Assembly (NCBI GenBank): GCA_001767695.1
Contig: MELR01000011.1
Span: 192 to 64,191, forward strand
Reading direction: 5' to 3'
Origin: Actinobacteria bacterium RBG_16_68_21
GTDB taxonomy: Bacteria > Actinomycetota > Acidimicrobiia > Spongiisociales > UBA11373
Length of the DNA stretch: 64,000 nt
The notes under the pieces are model-generated. The model saw nothing but the letters and a program-made list of their open reading frames with translations. It did no database searches and was not told where the DNA came from. The position numbers and the translations under genes were made by a program. The first letter of the stretch is position 1. Each line of letters starts with the position of its first letter. Shown here one piece after another: positions 19,057 through 27,796 of the stretch.

Positions 19057-19556
19057 CTCGGACCCTGAGCCTGGAGCGCCTCTTCCCGCAGCTCGCGCAG
19101 AGCTTCGCGTCGGGTCCGGCGGGGAAGCCGGGAGAGCAACAGCACGCCCTCGATGTGGTCGATCTCATGCTGCAGCACGCGCCCCAGCAGTTCTTCGCCC
19201 GCGAAGACCACCGCCCTTCCCTGGCGATCGAGCCCCGAGGCGCGGGCGAACGAAGCCCGTTTGATCCCCCAGTAGTGCTCGGGAACCGACAGGCAGCCTT
19301 CCTCGTACACCCACGAGCCGTTGGAGTCCTCGAGCACTGGGTTCACCAGCGCCTGGGCTCCCTCGCCGGCGTCGAATACCACCACTCGCAGGCCGACCCC
19401 GATCTGCGGGGCGGCGAGTCCCACTCCGGGCGCGGCGTACATCGTCTCGATCATGTCGTCGATCAGACGGCGCACCTCGTCGTCGACGACGGCCACCGCA
19501 CGGGCCGGCATGCGCAGCACCGGGTCGGGGAAGGTTCGAATCGGAAAGACGGCCAT
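19053..19556 (-). CDS. def: peptide deformylase
   Basis: Motifs GVGLAAPQIG, EGCLS and QHEIDH; 167 aa from ATG at 19556; overlaps fmt by 4 nt. Confidence 0.9.
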   Translation of the reverse strand: MAVFPIRTFPDPVLRMPARAVAVVDDEVRRLIDDMIETMYAAPGVGLAAPQIGVGLRVVVFDAGEGAQALVNPVLEDSNGSWVYEEGCLSVPEHYWGIKRASFARASGLDRQGRAVVFAGEELLGRVLQHEIDHIEGVLLLSRLPRRTRREALRELREEALQAQGPR

Positions 19557-19585
19557 TGCGGGGCGAGAGTACTTGCTGCCGCTTC

Positions 19586-21406
19586 TCACAGGTCTATCGG
19601 ATCGGCATCGACCCGCACCCGGGCGCCGCCCTCCCGCCAGCGGCCGACGACGCCGCGGACCACCGCCCGGGTGCTGGCCAGATCCCGCGCCTGGATCAGC
19701 CATCGCAGCGAGCCCCCGCTCTCCGCCGGTCCCAACACCGCGGCCCTGGTGCCGACCTCGTGCGCCAGCTCCCTGTCGGCCCCCGGAGGCAGCCCGCCGG
19801 CCTCGACGACGAGGATCTCCCCGCCGGGGGGAAAGCCGAGCGCCGCCCGACGCGCCGAGTCCTCCCTGACGAAGGCCACCGGATCGCCCTTGAGTAGTGC
19901 GCCGATCACGGGATGCCCCGGGTCAGAGGTCTGCAGGAGAGCGCGCCGACCCCGACCGAGACCGGCGGCAGCCACGGCTCGCGCCAGCAGCCGGAGGGCG
20001 TCCTCGGCCGCCCGGTACGTCGGCGCCATGAGCGGGCCGTCGGCATCGACCACGATCGTGAGGTCTGCTGCGATCATCGGAAGATCGCGCTCTGTGCCCA
20101 CCAAGACCGGTCGCCCGCTCCCCGCCTCCCCAACCTTGTCGGCACCGACGATCCGAGCGACCTCGGATGCCACCCGCGACATACCGGCTCCGAGCGCCTC
20201 GAAGCGGCGGCCGCCGCACTGGGCGCACGCTCCGGTCGGAGCACCACAGCGCCGGCACTCGCCGCCCCCGCCGGGGGCGGCTCCACAGTTCTCGCAGCGC
20301 CTGATGGTCCGGCAACTGGTGCAGCGCATGGTGGTGGTTCGGCGGTCGGTGAACATGAAGACCCGTCTTCCGTCGGCCACCGCCGCCCGCAGCGCCCCGG
20401 CGGTCACGTCGGCAAGCAGTCCGGCACCGGGGGGGTCTGCCCGCCGATCGACCACCTCGACCAGCCCCCACCCGCGGGAGCCGATCGCGCTGACCGACCC
20501 CGCCCGGGCGAGGGCCTCGGCGGTGGGAACGACATCGGAGAGGACGAGGGAGAACCGCTCGGCGGCGGCGCGCTTGGCCAGGAGATCCCGGGCATGCACC
20601 GTGGGGGTGGCTTTGTCCTTCATGCCGCGGCGCCCTTCGCCGAGAACGACGGCCAGCCCGGGAGCGGCCAGGGGCCACGCCGCCACCTCGCGCGTGCCCA
20701 CCACGATGGTTCCCGCCTCGGTGGCCCCCGCCACCCACGACCGGGTCACTTCCGCCCCGGAACGATGCGATCCCCCGCTCACCACCCGTTCACCGAACCG
20801 GCCCCGGAGTTCGCTCTCCACGGCGTCGGCCTCCGCCGCCGTGGCCGCCACGATCAACGACGTCCGGCCCGCGGCCGCCTGACGGCCGGTCAGAGCGGCC
20901 AGGACGGCCAAGGGAACCCTTCCGGCGACCACGATGGTACGCGACCCCGTTCCCAGATCGCGCAGCGCCGGTTGCTCGGGAGACTCGATCGAGCCCAGCG
21001 GCGCGTATCCGGCCGCCTTACCCCGACGAGGGATGTTGGGCGGCGAAGCCTTCGCCAGCAGCGTCGCCAGCGGAGCGACATACCGAGCCGCCGCCCACCG
21101 CAGAACACCCAGCAGCGCCCGATCGAAGGCGGGCACATCACCGGACATCGACAGCACCTCGCGCAGGCCCATCCTCGCCTCCGCCCCGGTGGCGACGACC
21201 CAACCCCGAACCCGGCGCCCTCCAAGGGGTACCCGGACGATCGAGCCGACGGTCGGGTCGAGCCCCTCCGGCACGGCATAGGCGAACCCGTCATCGACCG
21301 CGAATGACGGAACGTCGGGGACGACGCGAACGTTCAGGGCGACCTGAGCGCGACGATACGGTCCCAGAGGCGCGCCGCCACGGCCGCCTTGGACATCGTC
21401 GGCCAC
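19586..21406 (-). CDS. priA: primosomal protein N' homolog (PriA-like) with degenerate helicase motifs and Cys4 zinc-finger region; start uncertain
   Basis: N-terminal 3' DNA-binding-like region (VALNVRVVPDVPSFAVDDGFAYAVPEGL...VRVPLGGRRVRGWVV), Cys-rich insert (CTSCRTIRRCENCG...CRRCGAPTGACAQCG), PriA C-terminus; no intact Walker A GxGKT/S or DExH seen; only in-frame start candidate before the conserved N-terminus is GTG at about 21406, overlapping coaBC 3' end. Confidence 0.6.
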   Translation of the reverse strand: MADDVQGGRGGAPLGPYRRAQVALNVRVVPDVPSFAVDDGFAYAVPEGLDPTVGSIVRVPLGGRRVRGWVVATGAEARMGLREVLSMSGDVPAFDRALLGVLRWAAARYVAPLATLLAKASPPNIPRRGKAAGYAPLGSIESPEQPALRDLGTGSRTIVVAGRVPLAVLAALTGRQAAAGRTSLIVAATAAEADAVESELRGRFGERVVSGGSHRSGAEVTRSWVAGATEAGTIVVGTREVAAWPLAAPGLAVVLGEGRRGMKDKATPTVHARDLLAKRAAAERFSLVLSDVVPTAEALARAGSVSAIGSRGWGLVEVVDRRADPPGAGLLADVTAGALRAAVADGRRVFMFTDRRTTTMRCTSCRTIRRCENCGAAPGGGGECRRCGAPTGACAQCGGRRFEALGAGMSRVASEVARIVGADKVGEAGSGRPVLVGTERDLPMIAADLTIVVDADGPLMAPTYRAAEDALRLLARAVAAAGLGRGRRALLQTSDPGHPVIGALLKGDPVAFVREDSARRAALGFPPGGEILVVEAGGLPPGADRELAHEVGTRAAVLGPAESGGSLRWLIQARDLASTRAVVRGVVGRWREGGARVRVDADPIDL

Positions 21407-22515
21407 TCCTCGAATGCACCGTCGCGCCCGAAGACCGCCACGGCATTGGTCTCGGTCCCGAATCCCGAACCGGCGGCGGTGACGTCGTTGGCAACCAGGA
21501 GGTCCACATCCTTGGCGATCGCCTTGGCGGCGGCACCGGTTGCCGCTCCGGTCTCCGCGGCGAAGCCCACCAGGAAGGGACGGGGTTGCAGCGCGGCCAC
21601 CCCGGCAAGGATATCCGGGGTGTTGGTCAATTCCAGGTCGGGGATCCCGTCGGCACGGCGAACCTTGGACTCGCGGGGATGAGCGGGTCGGAAGTCGGCG
21701 ACCGCCGCGGCCAGCACGGCGACATCCGCCTTCGCCGCCTCTTCCCAAACCGCCGCCGCCATCTCGTCGGCGGTCTCGACGCCGATCGCCCGGATCCGGG
21801 AATGCGATGGCGCCGCCATGGTGGTGACCAGCACGACGTCGGCACCCCGATCCGCGGCCTCGACGGCGATGGCGTTGCCCATCTTCCCCGACGACCGATT
21901 GCCCACATAGCGAACCGGATCTATCGGTTCCCGGGTTCCCCCGGCGGTGACCAGCACCCTCCACCCGGCCATCGTGCCCGCTCCGAGGACCAAGCCGAGC
22001 GCGGCCATGATCTCCTCCGGTTCCGCCATTCTCCCCGGACCCTCGTCGCCACCGGCCAGGGCACCGGTGGCGGGCCCCACGATGTGCACCCCGTCGCTCT
22101 CCAGAGCAGCCACATTGCGGCGGGGCGCCGGGTGCTCCCACATCGCGGTGTGCATCGCCGGTGCCACCAGCACCGGCCCGGAGAAGGCAAGGACCGTACC
22201 GACGAGGAGATCATCGCTCGCTCCCGCAGCGAGGCGGGAGAGGGTCGCCGCGGTGGCCGGAGCGATCACGATGGCGTCCGCCCACGCCGCCATTTCGGTA
22301 TGGGGGCTGACCTCGTCCTCACCGAAATACTCAAACGCGGGAGGGGTCCCGGTGATGGCGGCCAGGGTCTGCGGCCCGAGGAACTCGGTCGCCGAGCGGG
22401 TCATGATCGTGCGCACCAGTGCCCCCGCTTCGACGAATCGTCGCGCCAGATAGGCGGACTTGAAGGCCGCCACCCCGCCGGTGATTCCCAGGATGATGCG
22501 GCGGCCGGCGAGCAT
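21334..22515 (-). CDS. coaBC: bifunctional phosphopantothenoylcysteine decarboxylase / phosphopantothenate-cysteine ligase
   Basis: N-terminal flavoprotein domain (ILGITGGVAAFKS..., PAMHTAMWEHPA) and C-terminal CoaB domain (VGNRSSGKMG, DFRPAHP). Confidence 0.9.
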   Translation of the reverse strand: MLAGRRIILGITGGVAAFKSAYLARRFVEAGALVRTIMTRSATEFLGPQTLAAITGTPPAFEYFGEDEVSPHTEMAAWADAIVIAPATAATLSRLAAGASDDLLVGTVLAFSGPVLVAPAMHTAMWEHPAPRRNVAALESDGVHIVGPATGALAGGDEGPGRMAEPEEIMAALGLVLGAGTMAGWRVLVTAGGTREPIDPVRYVGNRSSGKMGNAIAVEAADRGADVVLVTTMAAPSHSRIRAIGVETADEMAAAVWEEAAKADVAVLAAAVADFRPAHPRESKVRRADGIPDLELTNTPDILAGVAALQPRPFLVGFAAETGAATGAAAKAIAKDVDLLVANDVTAAGSGFGTETNAVAVFGRDGAFEEWPTMSKAAVAARLWDRIVALRSP

Positions 22516-22520
22516 CGCCG

Positions 22521-22751
22521 CTACTCGCCTACGTCGACGACGACCTTGTCGGCGGCGATCTCCTCGAAGGCGATCGAGAGCGGCTTACGCGAGAGGGAGT
22601 GCACCTGAGGCGGGATGTACCCACCGATGCCGTCGCCCAGTTGGTTGAAGTACGCGTTGATCTGGCGGGCACGGCGCGCCGCGAGTACCACGAGGGTGAA
22701 CCGCTCATTGGTGCGCTCGAGAACCGTCTCGATCGGTGGGTCGATCATCAT
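22521..22751 (-). CDS. rpoZ: DNA-directed RNA polymerase omega subunit
   Basis: 76 aa from tandem ATG ATG at 22751 (MMIDPPIETVLERTNERFTLVVLAARRARQINAY...); the long N-terminal ORF extension is spurious. Confidence 0.85.
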   Translation of the reverse strand: MMIDPPIETVLERTNERFTLVVLAARRARQINAYFNQLGDGIGGYIPPQVHSLSRKPLSIAFEEIAADKVVVDVGE

Positions 22752-23305
22752 GAGGGATCCGGTCGGTCGGGGACGTCGCGGAGTATATCGGTCACCCGGT
22801 CGATAGCGGCGCCGAGGTCCTCGTTGACCACGATGTGGTCGAAGAGCGTCGCCGCCTCGCGCATCTGATCGTCGGCGACGGCGAGCCGCCTGCTCACGTC
22901 TTCGTCGGTGGTGTCTCCTCGCGCCCTCAAGCGGCGCTCTAGATCGGCCAGGCTCGGGGGGGCGATGAAGATCATGATCGCGTCGGGATGGGCATCCTTG
23001 ATCGCCCTGGCTCCGACCATCTCGATGTCGAGCAGCACGTCGTGGCCGTCCGAGCGGCGTTTGAGCTCGGAGACCGGCGTGCCGTAGAGATTGCCGCCGT
23101 AGGAAGCCCACTCGGCCAGCTCGCCATCGTCCACCGCCCGGGCGAAGCGCTGCGGCGAGACGAAGTGATAGTCGACCCCGTCCACTTCATGGGGACGCGC
23201 CGGCCGGGTGGTCATCGAGACCGAGAAATGGAAGGGAATCCGCTGGGAAAGGCCCTCGACGACGCTGGTCTTGCCGACCCCCGACGGGCCCGACACGACT
23301 ATCAA
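22748..23305 (-). CDS. gmk: guanylate kinase
   Basis: P-loop VSGPSGVGKTS, GMP-binding region (SVSMTTRPARPHEVDGVDYHFV) and EGNLYGT-type motif. Confidence 0.9.
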   Translation of the reverse strand: MIVVSGPSGVGKTSVVEGLSQRIPFHFSVSMTTRPARPHEVDGVDYHFVSPQRFARAVDDGELAEWASYGGNLYGTPVSELKRRSDGHDVLLDIEMVGARAIKDAHPDAIMIFIAPPSLADLERRLRARGDTTDEDVSRRLAVADDQMREAATLFDHIVVNEDLGAAIDRVTDILRDVPDRPDPS

Positions 23306-23321
23306 GCGCCCCGGGGGCGAC

Positions 23322-23639
23322 TCAGGAAAGAGCGTCGATGAGGGCCTTCCTCTGCTTCGGGCCGAGACCGCGCACCCGGCGGTTGTCGGCGATCCCGAGC
23401 CTCTCCATCAATCGATACGACTTGACCTTGCCCAGTCCGGGAAGGGCGGTCAGCACGGCCTTGACCTTCATTCCCCCGATGATCTCTTCATCTGATCGCA
23501 TGAGCACGTCCTGCAGCGAAAAGCCGCCGGTTCGCAACGACTCACGCACCTCGGCCCGGCCCCTTCTCGCCGCTCCGGCTTTCTCCAGCGCCGCAGCCCG
23601 CTGTTCCGGCGACAGTATCGGCGGACCCGCCACGTTCAT
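23322..23639 (-). CDS. mihF: integration host factor, actinobacterial type
   Basis: 105 aa from ATG at 23639 (MNVAGPPILSPEQRAAALEKA...SLQDVL...PGLGKVKSYRLMERLGIADNRRVRGLGPKQRKALIDAL); conserved mihF-gmk-rpoZ-coaBC order. Confidence 0.8.
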   Translation of the reverse strand: MNVAGPPILSPEQRAAALEKAGAARRGRAEVRESLRTGGFSLQDVLMRSDEEIIGGMKVKAVLTALPGLGKVKSYRLMERLGIADNRRVRGLGPKQRKALIDALS

Positions 23640-23682
23640 CCTCCTCGCGTCCTCGGCCAACTCTATCCGGCTCCCACTTCGC

Positions 23683-24306
23683 TCAACCGAAGGCGGCCAG
23701 TGCCTCTGCCGGGTCCCTGCCCACCAGCACCGTTCCATCGAGGATGGCCCCCGTGGCGCCGCGGGCGAACGCATTCGCGGCGTCGGCGCCGGTCCGTGCC
23801 CCCCAGGCGAATCGGCTGAGCTCGGGAGCCACCTGACCGACGACCCCGAGATCGGGGATCGAGCACAGCACCGCCCCGATGCCTGCGGCCGCGGCGGCAC
23901 GCGCCAGGCGGGATACCACGCGGCCTCGGGAGTCGCCCAGCCGGGCAGCCGCCACCGCGGCGTCGTCCAGTCCCGGCCGGAGGGTCACCGCCAGCACGCG
24001 GGGCCCTCCCACCGCAGCCGCCACCGCCTCCATCGTCTCCGGACCATCCACCGACTGGACGCTTACCAGGGACGCGCCGAATTCGACGAGTCTTCGCGCC
24101 GCCAGGGCGGCATCCTCGGGCTCACCGTGCAGGCCGGCGAGCACCAGCACGGGACCTATCGCCGCCAGCGCGGCGACGACCGCAGGGCCCGGTCCGGCGA
24201 GCAGCGCCGGGGTCACCACCAGTCCGCACCGGCCGGAACATGCCTCGGCGGTCCGCACCGCCTCCTCGGCGGTCCGCGACGGCAGAACCGCCCACAACCC
24301 GCTCAC
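23683..24306 (-). CDS. orotidine-5'-phosphate decarboxylase-like protein (PyrF-fold, possibly non-catalytic: zero Lys)
   Basis: 207 aa; C-terminal region (GAVLCSIPDLGVVGQ...GATGAILDGTVLVGRDPAEALAAF) looks like PyrF C-terminus (VVCS...TPGIR...GADYIVVGRPI...DP), and the position matches pyrF upstream of mihF in mycobacteria; no lysine anywhere, so DxKxxD catalytic motif is absent. Confidence 0.4.
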   Translation of the reverse strand: MSGLWAVLPSRTAEEAVRTAEACSGRCGLVVTPALLAGPGPAVVAALAAIGPVLVLAGLHGEPEDAALAARRLVEFGASLVSVQSVDGPETMEAVAAAVGGPRVLAVTLRPGLDDAAVAAARLGDSRGRVVSRLARAAAAAGIGAVLCSIPDLGVVGQVAPELSRFAWGARTGADAANAFARGATGAILDGTVLVGRDPAEALAAFG

Positions 24307-24668
24307 CGCCGCTCCGTGGCCAAGCGGGCGAGCACGCCGTTCACGAACCCTCCGCTGCGTCCCGTCGAGTAGGTCTTGGCGAGCCGGACGGCCTCCGAGA
24401 TCACCACCGCCACCGGTGTCGCCGGCCGGTGGCGGAGTTCCCAGAGGGCGATCCGTAACACGTTGCGATCCACCGGAGGCATCCTTTCCACCCGCCAGCC
24501 GGTCGACACCGCCCCGATCGCGCTGTCGAGCTCCGCCCTTTCCTGCCAGACCCCGGTGACCATGTCTGCCGCCCGGCCACCGAGCTCCCCGCAGTCCGGA
24601 TCGGCGCGACGCTGATCGGCCTCGTAGAGGGTACGGAGGGCGTCCTCTCGGGCCTCCGTCGGCCTCAT
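24303..24668 (-). CDS. nusB: transcription antitermination factor NusB
   Basis: 121 aa; REDALRTLYEADQRRAD...LRIALWELRHR...ISEAVRLAKTYST...GFVNGVLARL typical NusB. Confidence 0.9.
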   Translation of the reverse strand: MRPTEAREDALRTLYEADQRRADPDCGELGGRAADMVTGVWQERAELDSAIGAVSTGWRVERMPPVDRNVLRIALWELRHRPATPVAVVISEAVRLAKTYSTGRSGGFVNGVLARLATERR

Positions 24669-25231
24669 GACACCCGGGTCATGTACGAGCCGGTCTGCGT
24701 CTCGACCTTGATCCGGTCGCCCTCCTCGACGAACAGCGGCACCTGGACCACCAGGCCGGTCTCGGTCGTCGCCGGCTTGGTACCCGCCGAGGAGCGGTCG
24801 CCTTTGACCCCCGGCTCTGTGGCGACGATGCCGAGCTCCACCGAGGCAGGGAGGTCGATGCCGATGGCCTTGCCCTCGTACATGGCCAGCTGCGCCGCCT
24901 CACCGGCCTTGAGATACCAGGCGGCATCGCCGACCTCGTCCTCGGACAGCGACATCTGCGCGAAGGTCTCGCCGTCCATGAAGTGGAATCCATCGTCGTC
25001 CCGGTAGAGGAATTGATGCGGGCGCCGATCGATGACCGCCTGTTGCACCGGCTCATCGGCGCGGAAGGTGCGCTCCACCACCGCCCCCGTCTGCACGTTC
25101 TTCAGTTTCATCCGCACGAAGGCCTTGCCCTTGCCCGGCTTGACGTGCTGGTACTCGACGATGCGGAAGAGGCCGTCATCGAGGTCGAGGGTCATGCCCG
25201 GCTTCACGTCGTTGGTGGAGATCATTGCCAC
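24665..25231 (-). CDS. efp: elongation factor P
   Basis: MISTNDVKPGMTLDLDDGLFRIVEYQHVKPGKGKAFVRMKLKN..., KOW-like N-domain with KPGKG loop; 188 aa. Confidence 0.93.
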   Translation of the reverse strand: MAMISTNDVKPGMTLDLDDGLFRIVEYQHVKPGKGKAFVRMKLKNVQTGAVVERTFRADEPVQQAVIDRRPHQFLYRDDDGFHFMDGETFAQMSLSEDEVGDAAWYLKAGEAAQLAMYEGKAIGIDLPASVELGIVATEPGVKGDRSSAGTKPATTETGLVVQVPLFVEEGDRIKVETQTGSYMTRVS

Positions 25232-26283
25232 ATCGCCTTCGGGGAAGAGGTCAGCAGGCGTCCGCCCGAACCGGTGACCACCACCATGTCCTCGATGCGA
25301 ACACCGCCGATCCCGGGAAGATACACCCCCGGCTCGACCGTCACCGCGTCGCCCTCCGCGAGGAGGTCGTCGTTGCCCCGTCTGATCCAGGGAGGCTCGT
25401 GGATCTCCAAGCCCACGCCGTGCCCGGTGCTGTGGAGGAACTGCTTCTCGTAGCCATATCCCCGCAGCACCGCCCGCACGGCTTCATCCACATCGCCGCA
25501 AGCCACTCCCGGCCCGATGGCGGCGATGCCGGCAGCTTGGGACTCGTGCACCGCTTGGTAGACACGCGACATCTCGGGATCCGGCACCCCTTCGAGCCAG
25601 ACCGTCCGGGTCATGTCGGAGTGATATCCGTCGAACACGCAGCCGTAGTCGAGGAGAAGGAGGCCGGAGCCGACCGGCTTGCGTCCCGATCGGTAGTGGG
25701 GAATGGATGCCCCCGCCCCGGCCGCCACGATCGGCTCCCAGGTGGCGGCATCGCCACCGTGGCTCCGCATGACGTCGATCAGCCGCCAGCCGAGCTCGGC
25801 CTCGGTGATGCTCCGATCGGTGAACCTACCCAACGCGGCGAAGGCGGCATCCCCGGCGGCGGCGGCCTTGTCCAACGCGGCGATCTCTTCGGCATCTTTG
25901 GCCCGCCGCAGCTCCTCCACGGCCCCGCTCCCGGCCACGGTCTCTACTCCGGTCTCCGCGGCAAATTCGGTGGCGAACGACCACGTGACCCCGTCGGATT
26001 CAAGCGTGATTGTCCCGATCCCTTCCACCAGGGAACGGAACACGTCCCACATCCCCGAGGTGTAGACCACGAGATCGGTGTCGGGCAGCTCGGCCACCAG
26101 CGCCTCGGCCATCTCGCCGTAGCGGCCGTCGGTGACGAACACCGAAGTACCCGAAGCCTTGGCGAGGAGGAACCCGTTGCTGCCGGTGAAGCCGGTCAGG
26201 TAACGCAGATTGGGTGCCTTCGACACCAGGAGGGGTGTTTCGATTCGGGCGCGCAGCATTCCCAGTCGTCCTGCATGGTTCAT
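25222..26283 (-). CDS. pepQ: Xaa-Pro aminopeptidase/dipeptidase (M24 family)
   Basis: Creatinase/prolidase N-domain plus M24 metal-binding residues (DYGCVFDGYHSDMTRT, HSTGHGVGLEIHE, VEPGVY, IEDMVVVT). Confidence 0.85.
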   Translation of the reverse strand: MNHAGRLGMLRARIETPLLVSKAPNLRYLTGFTGSNGFLLAKASGTSVFVTDGRYGEMAEALVAELPDTDLVVYTSGMWDVFRSLVEGIGTITLESDGVTWSFATEFAAETGVETVAGSGAVEELRRAKDAEEIAALDKAAAAGDAAFAALGRFTDRSITEAELGWRLIDVMRSHGGDAATWEPIVAAGAGASIPHYRSGRKPVGSGLLLLDYGCVFDGYHSDMTRTVWLEGVPDPEMSRVYQAVHESQAAGIAAIGPGVACGDVDEAVRAVLRGYGYEKQFLHSTGHGVGLEIHEPPWIRRGNDDLLAEGDAVTVEPGVYLPGIGGVRIEDMVVVTGSGGRLLTSSPKAMWQ

Positions 26284-27314
26284 TGCTGTCTCCTGATCCC
26301 GACGGCCGCCAGCGCGGACCGTACGGTAGCGGCATCGACGCCCGTCACTCTCGGCCGGCCGATCGCTTCGAGCAACACCATGCGAAGGCCGGAGCGATCC
26401 CGCTTCTTGTCGAGGGACATCATCGACTCCACCCGGGCCGCATCGACGGGAGGAGCCGACACTTCCAACCCGAGCCGGGCGATCACCGCATCGTGCCGCC
26501 TCCGGTCGGAGAATCCGGTCACCAGCCGTGAGGCCTCGGCGGCGGCCACCATTCCCACGGCCACCGCCTCGCCGTGTGAGATCCCGGCGACGATCTCGAC
26601 GGCGTGCCCGACGGTATGGCCGTAGTTGAGGATCGCCCGCTCTCCGGTCTCGGTGAAGTCGCGGCCTACCACGTCCGCCTTGACCGTCAGCGCCCTACGC
26701 ACCACGGTCCCCAGGTCGGCTGCGAGCCCGTCGCGCTCATACAACGCCACCAGCTCCGGATCGCCGACAAACCCCGCCTTGAGCGCTTCCGCCGCCCCAT
26801 CGCGCAGCAGTGCCGGAGGCAACCCTTCAAGAACGCCGAGGTCGATGACCACACGGGCGGGATGCCGGAACGCACCCACCAGGTTCTTCGCCCCGACGTT
26901 CACCCCGGTCTTGCCGCCGATGGCCGCATCCACCGCGCCCACCAGCGTCGTGACCACGTAATGGACCTGCACTCCGCGTAGGTAGGTAGCCGCCACGAAT
27001 CCTGCCAGATCGGTGGTCGATCCCCCGCCGACGGCGATTATCAATCCGTCCCGGGTCATGGCCAGGGCGTTGAGTGCCCGCACGGTGGCGTCGACGGTCT
27101 CGAGAGTCTTGGCCGCCTCGCCGTCGGGAACGGCGATCCGCCCCACGGGTCGCTCGCCCAGGCCCTGCACTACTCGATCGGCGATCGCGGCCACCGCCGG
27201 CGAGGCGATCACGGCCACCAGCGGGGGATTCGCCGTGCCGAGCAGGGAGGGAGCCTCGAGCACCTCCCGCCCGATGACCACCGTGGTGGCGCCGGCTACG
27301 ACGAGAGGTTCCAC
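26280..27314 (-). CDS. aroB: 3-dehydroquinate synthase
   Basis: NAD-binding GGGSTTDLAGFVAATYLRG, metal site (GHTVGHAVE), LLRDGAAEALK. Confidence 0.9.
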   Translation of the reverse strand: MEPLVVAGATTVVIGREVLEAPSLLGTANPPLVAVIASPAVAAIADRVVQGLGERPVGRIAVPDGEAAKTLETVDATVRALNALAMTRDGLIIAVGGGSTTDLAGFVAATYLRGVQVHYVVTTLVGAVDAAIGGKTGVNVGAKNLVGAFRHPARVVIDLGVLEGLPPALLRDGAAEALKAGFVGDPELVALYERDGLAADLGTVVRRALTVKADVVGRDFTETGERAILNYGHTVGHAVEIVAGISHGEAVAVGMVAAAEASRLVTGFSDRRRHDAVIARLGLEVSAPPVDAARVESMMSLDKKRDRSGLRMVLLEAIGRPRVTGVDAATVRSALAAVGIRRQQ

Positions 27315-27796
27315 GCGTCCACCACTCGCTCGGCGACCGTCTCTTCCACATCCTCGGCGTCGACGACGGCGTGGGCCGCCGCCGCGTACCTCTCCGCTCG
27401 CTCCCGGTCGATCCTCAGCAGCGCCGCCTCCACCCCTTCGGCCAGCAGGGGACGTCCCTCACCCTTCCCGAGTCGTGCCGCCAGAGTCACCGGCGAGGCG
27501 TCGAGGTGGATCACCCGCCCGGTCTCCCGCATCAGGGTCACGGTGGCGTCGTCGAGCACTACGCCGCCACCGCACGCCACCACGGCGTCACGCCCGGCCA
27601 GGCGGGCCACCTCGGCGCGCTCCAGGGCGCGGAATCCCGGCTCATCTTCGGTGATCAGGGCGGCGAGCGATCTGCCGGAGCGCGCCTCGATCTCCCGATC
27701 GGTGTCGTACCACGGCAGGTCGAGGCGGGCGGCCACGAGGGGCGCCACGGCCGTCTTCCCGGAGCCCATCATCCCGATCAGCCACAACGTCGCCAC
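27296..27796 (-). CDS. aroK: shikimate kinase
   Basis: P-loop LIGMMGSGKTAV, YDTD motif, VVACGGGVV. Confidence 0.9.
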   Translation of the reverse strand: MATLWLIGMMGSGKTAVAPLVAARLDLPWYDTDREIEARSGRSLAALITEDEPGFRALERAEVARLAGRDAVVACGGGVVLDDATVTLMRETGRVIHLDASPVTLAARLGKGEGRPLLAEGVEAALLRIDRERAERYAAAAHAVVDAEDVEETVAERVVDAWNLSS

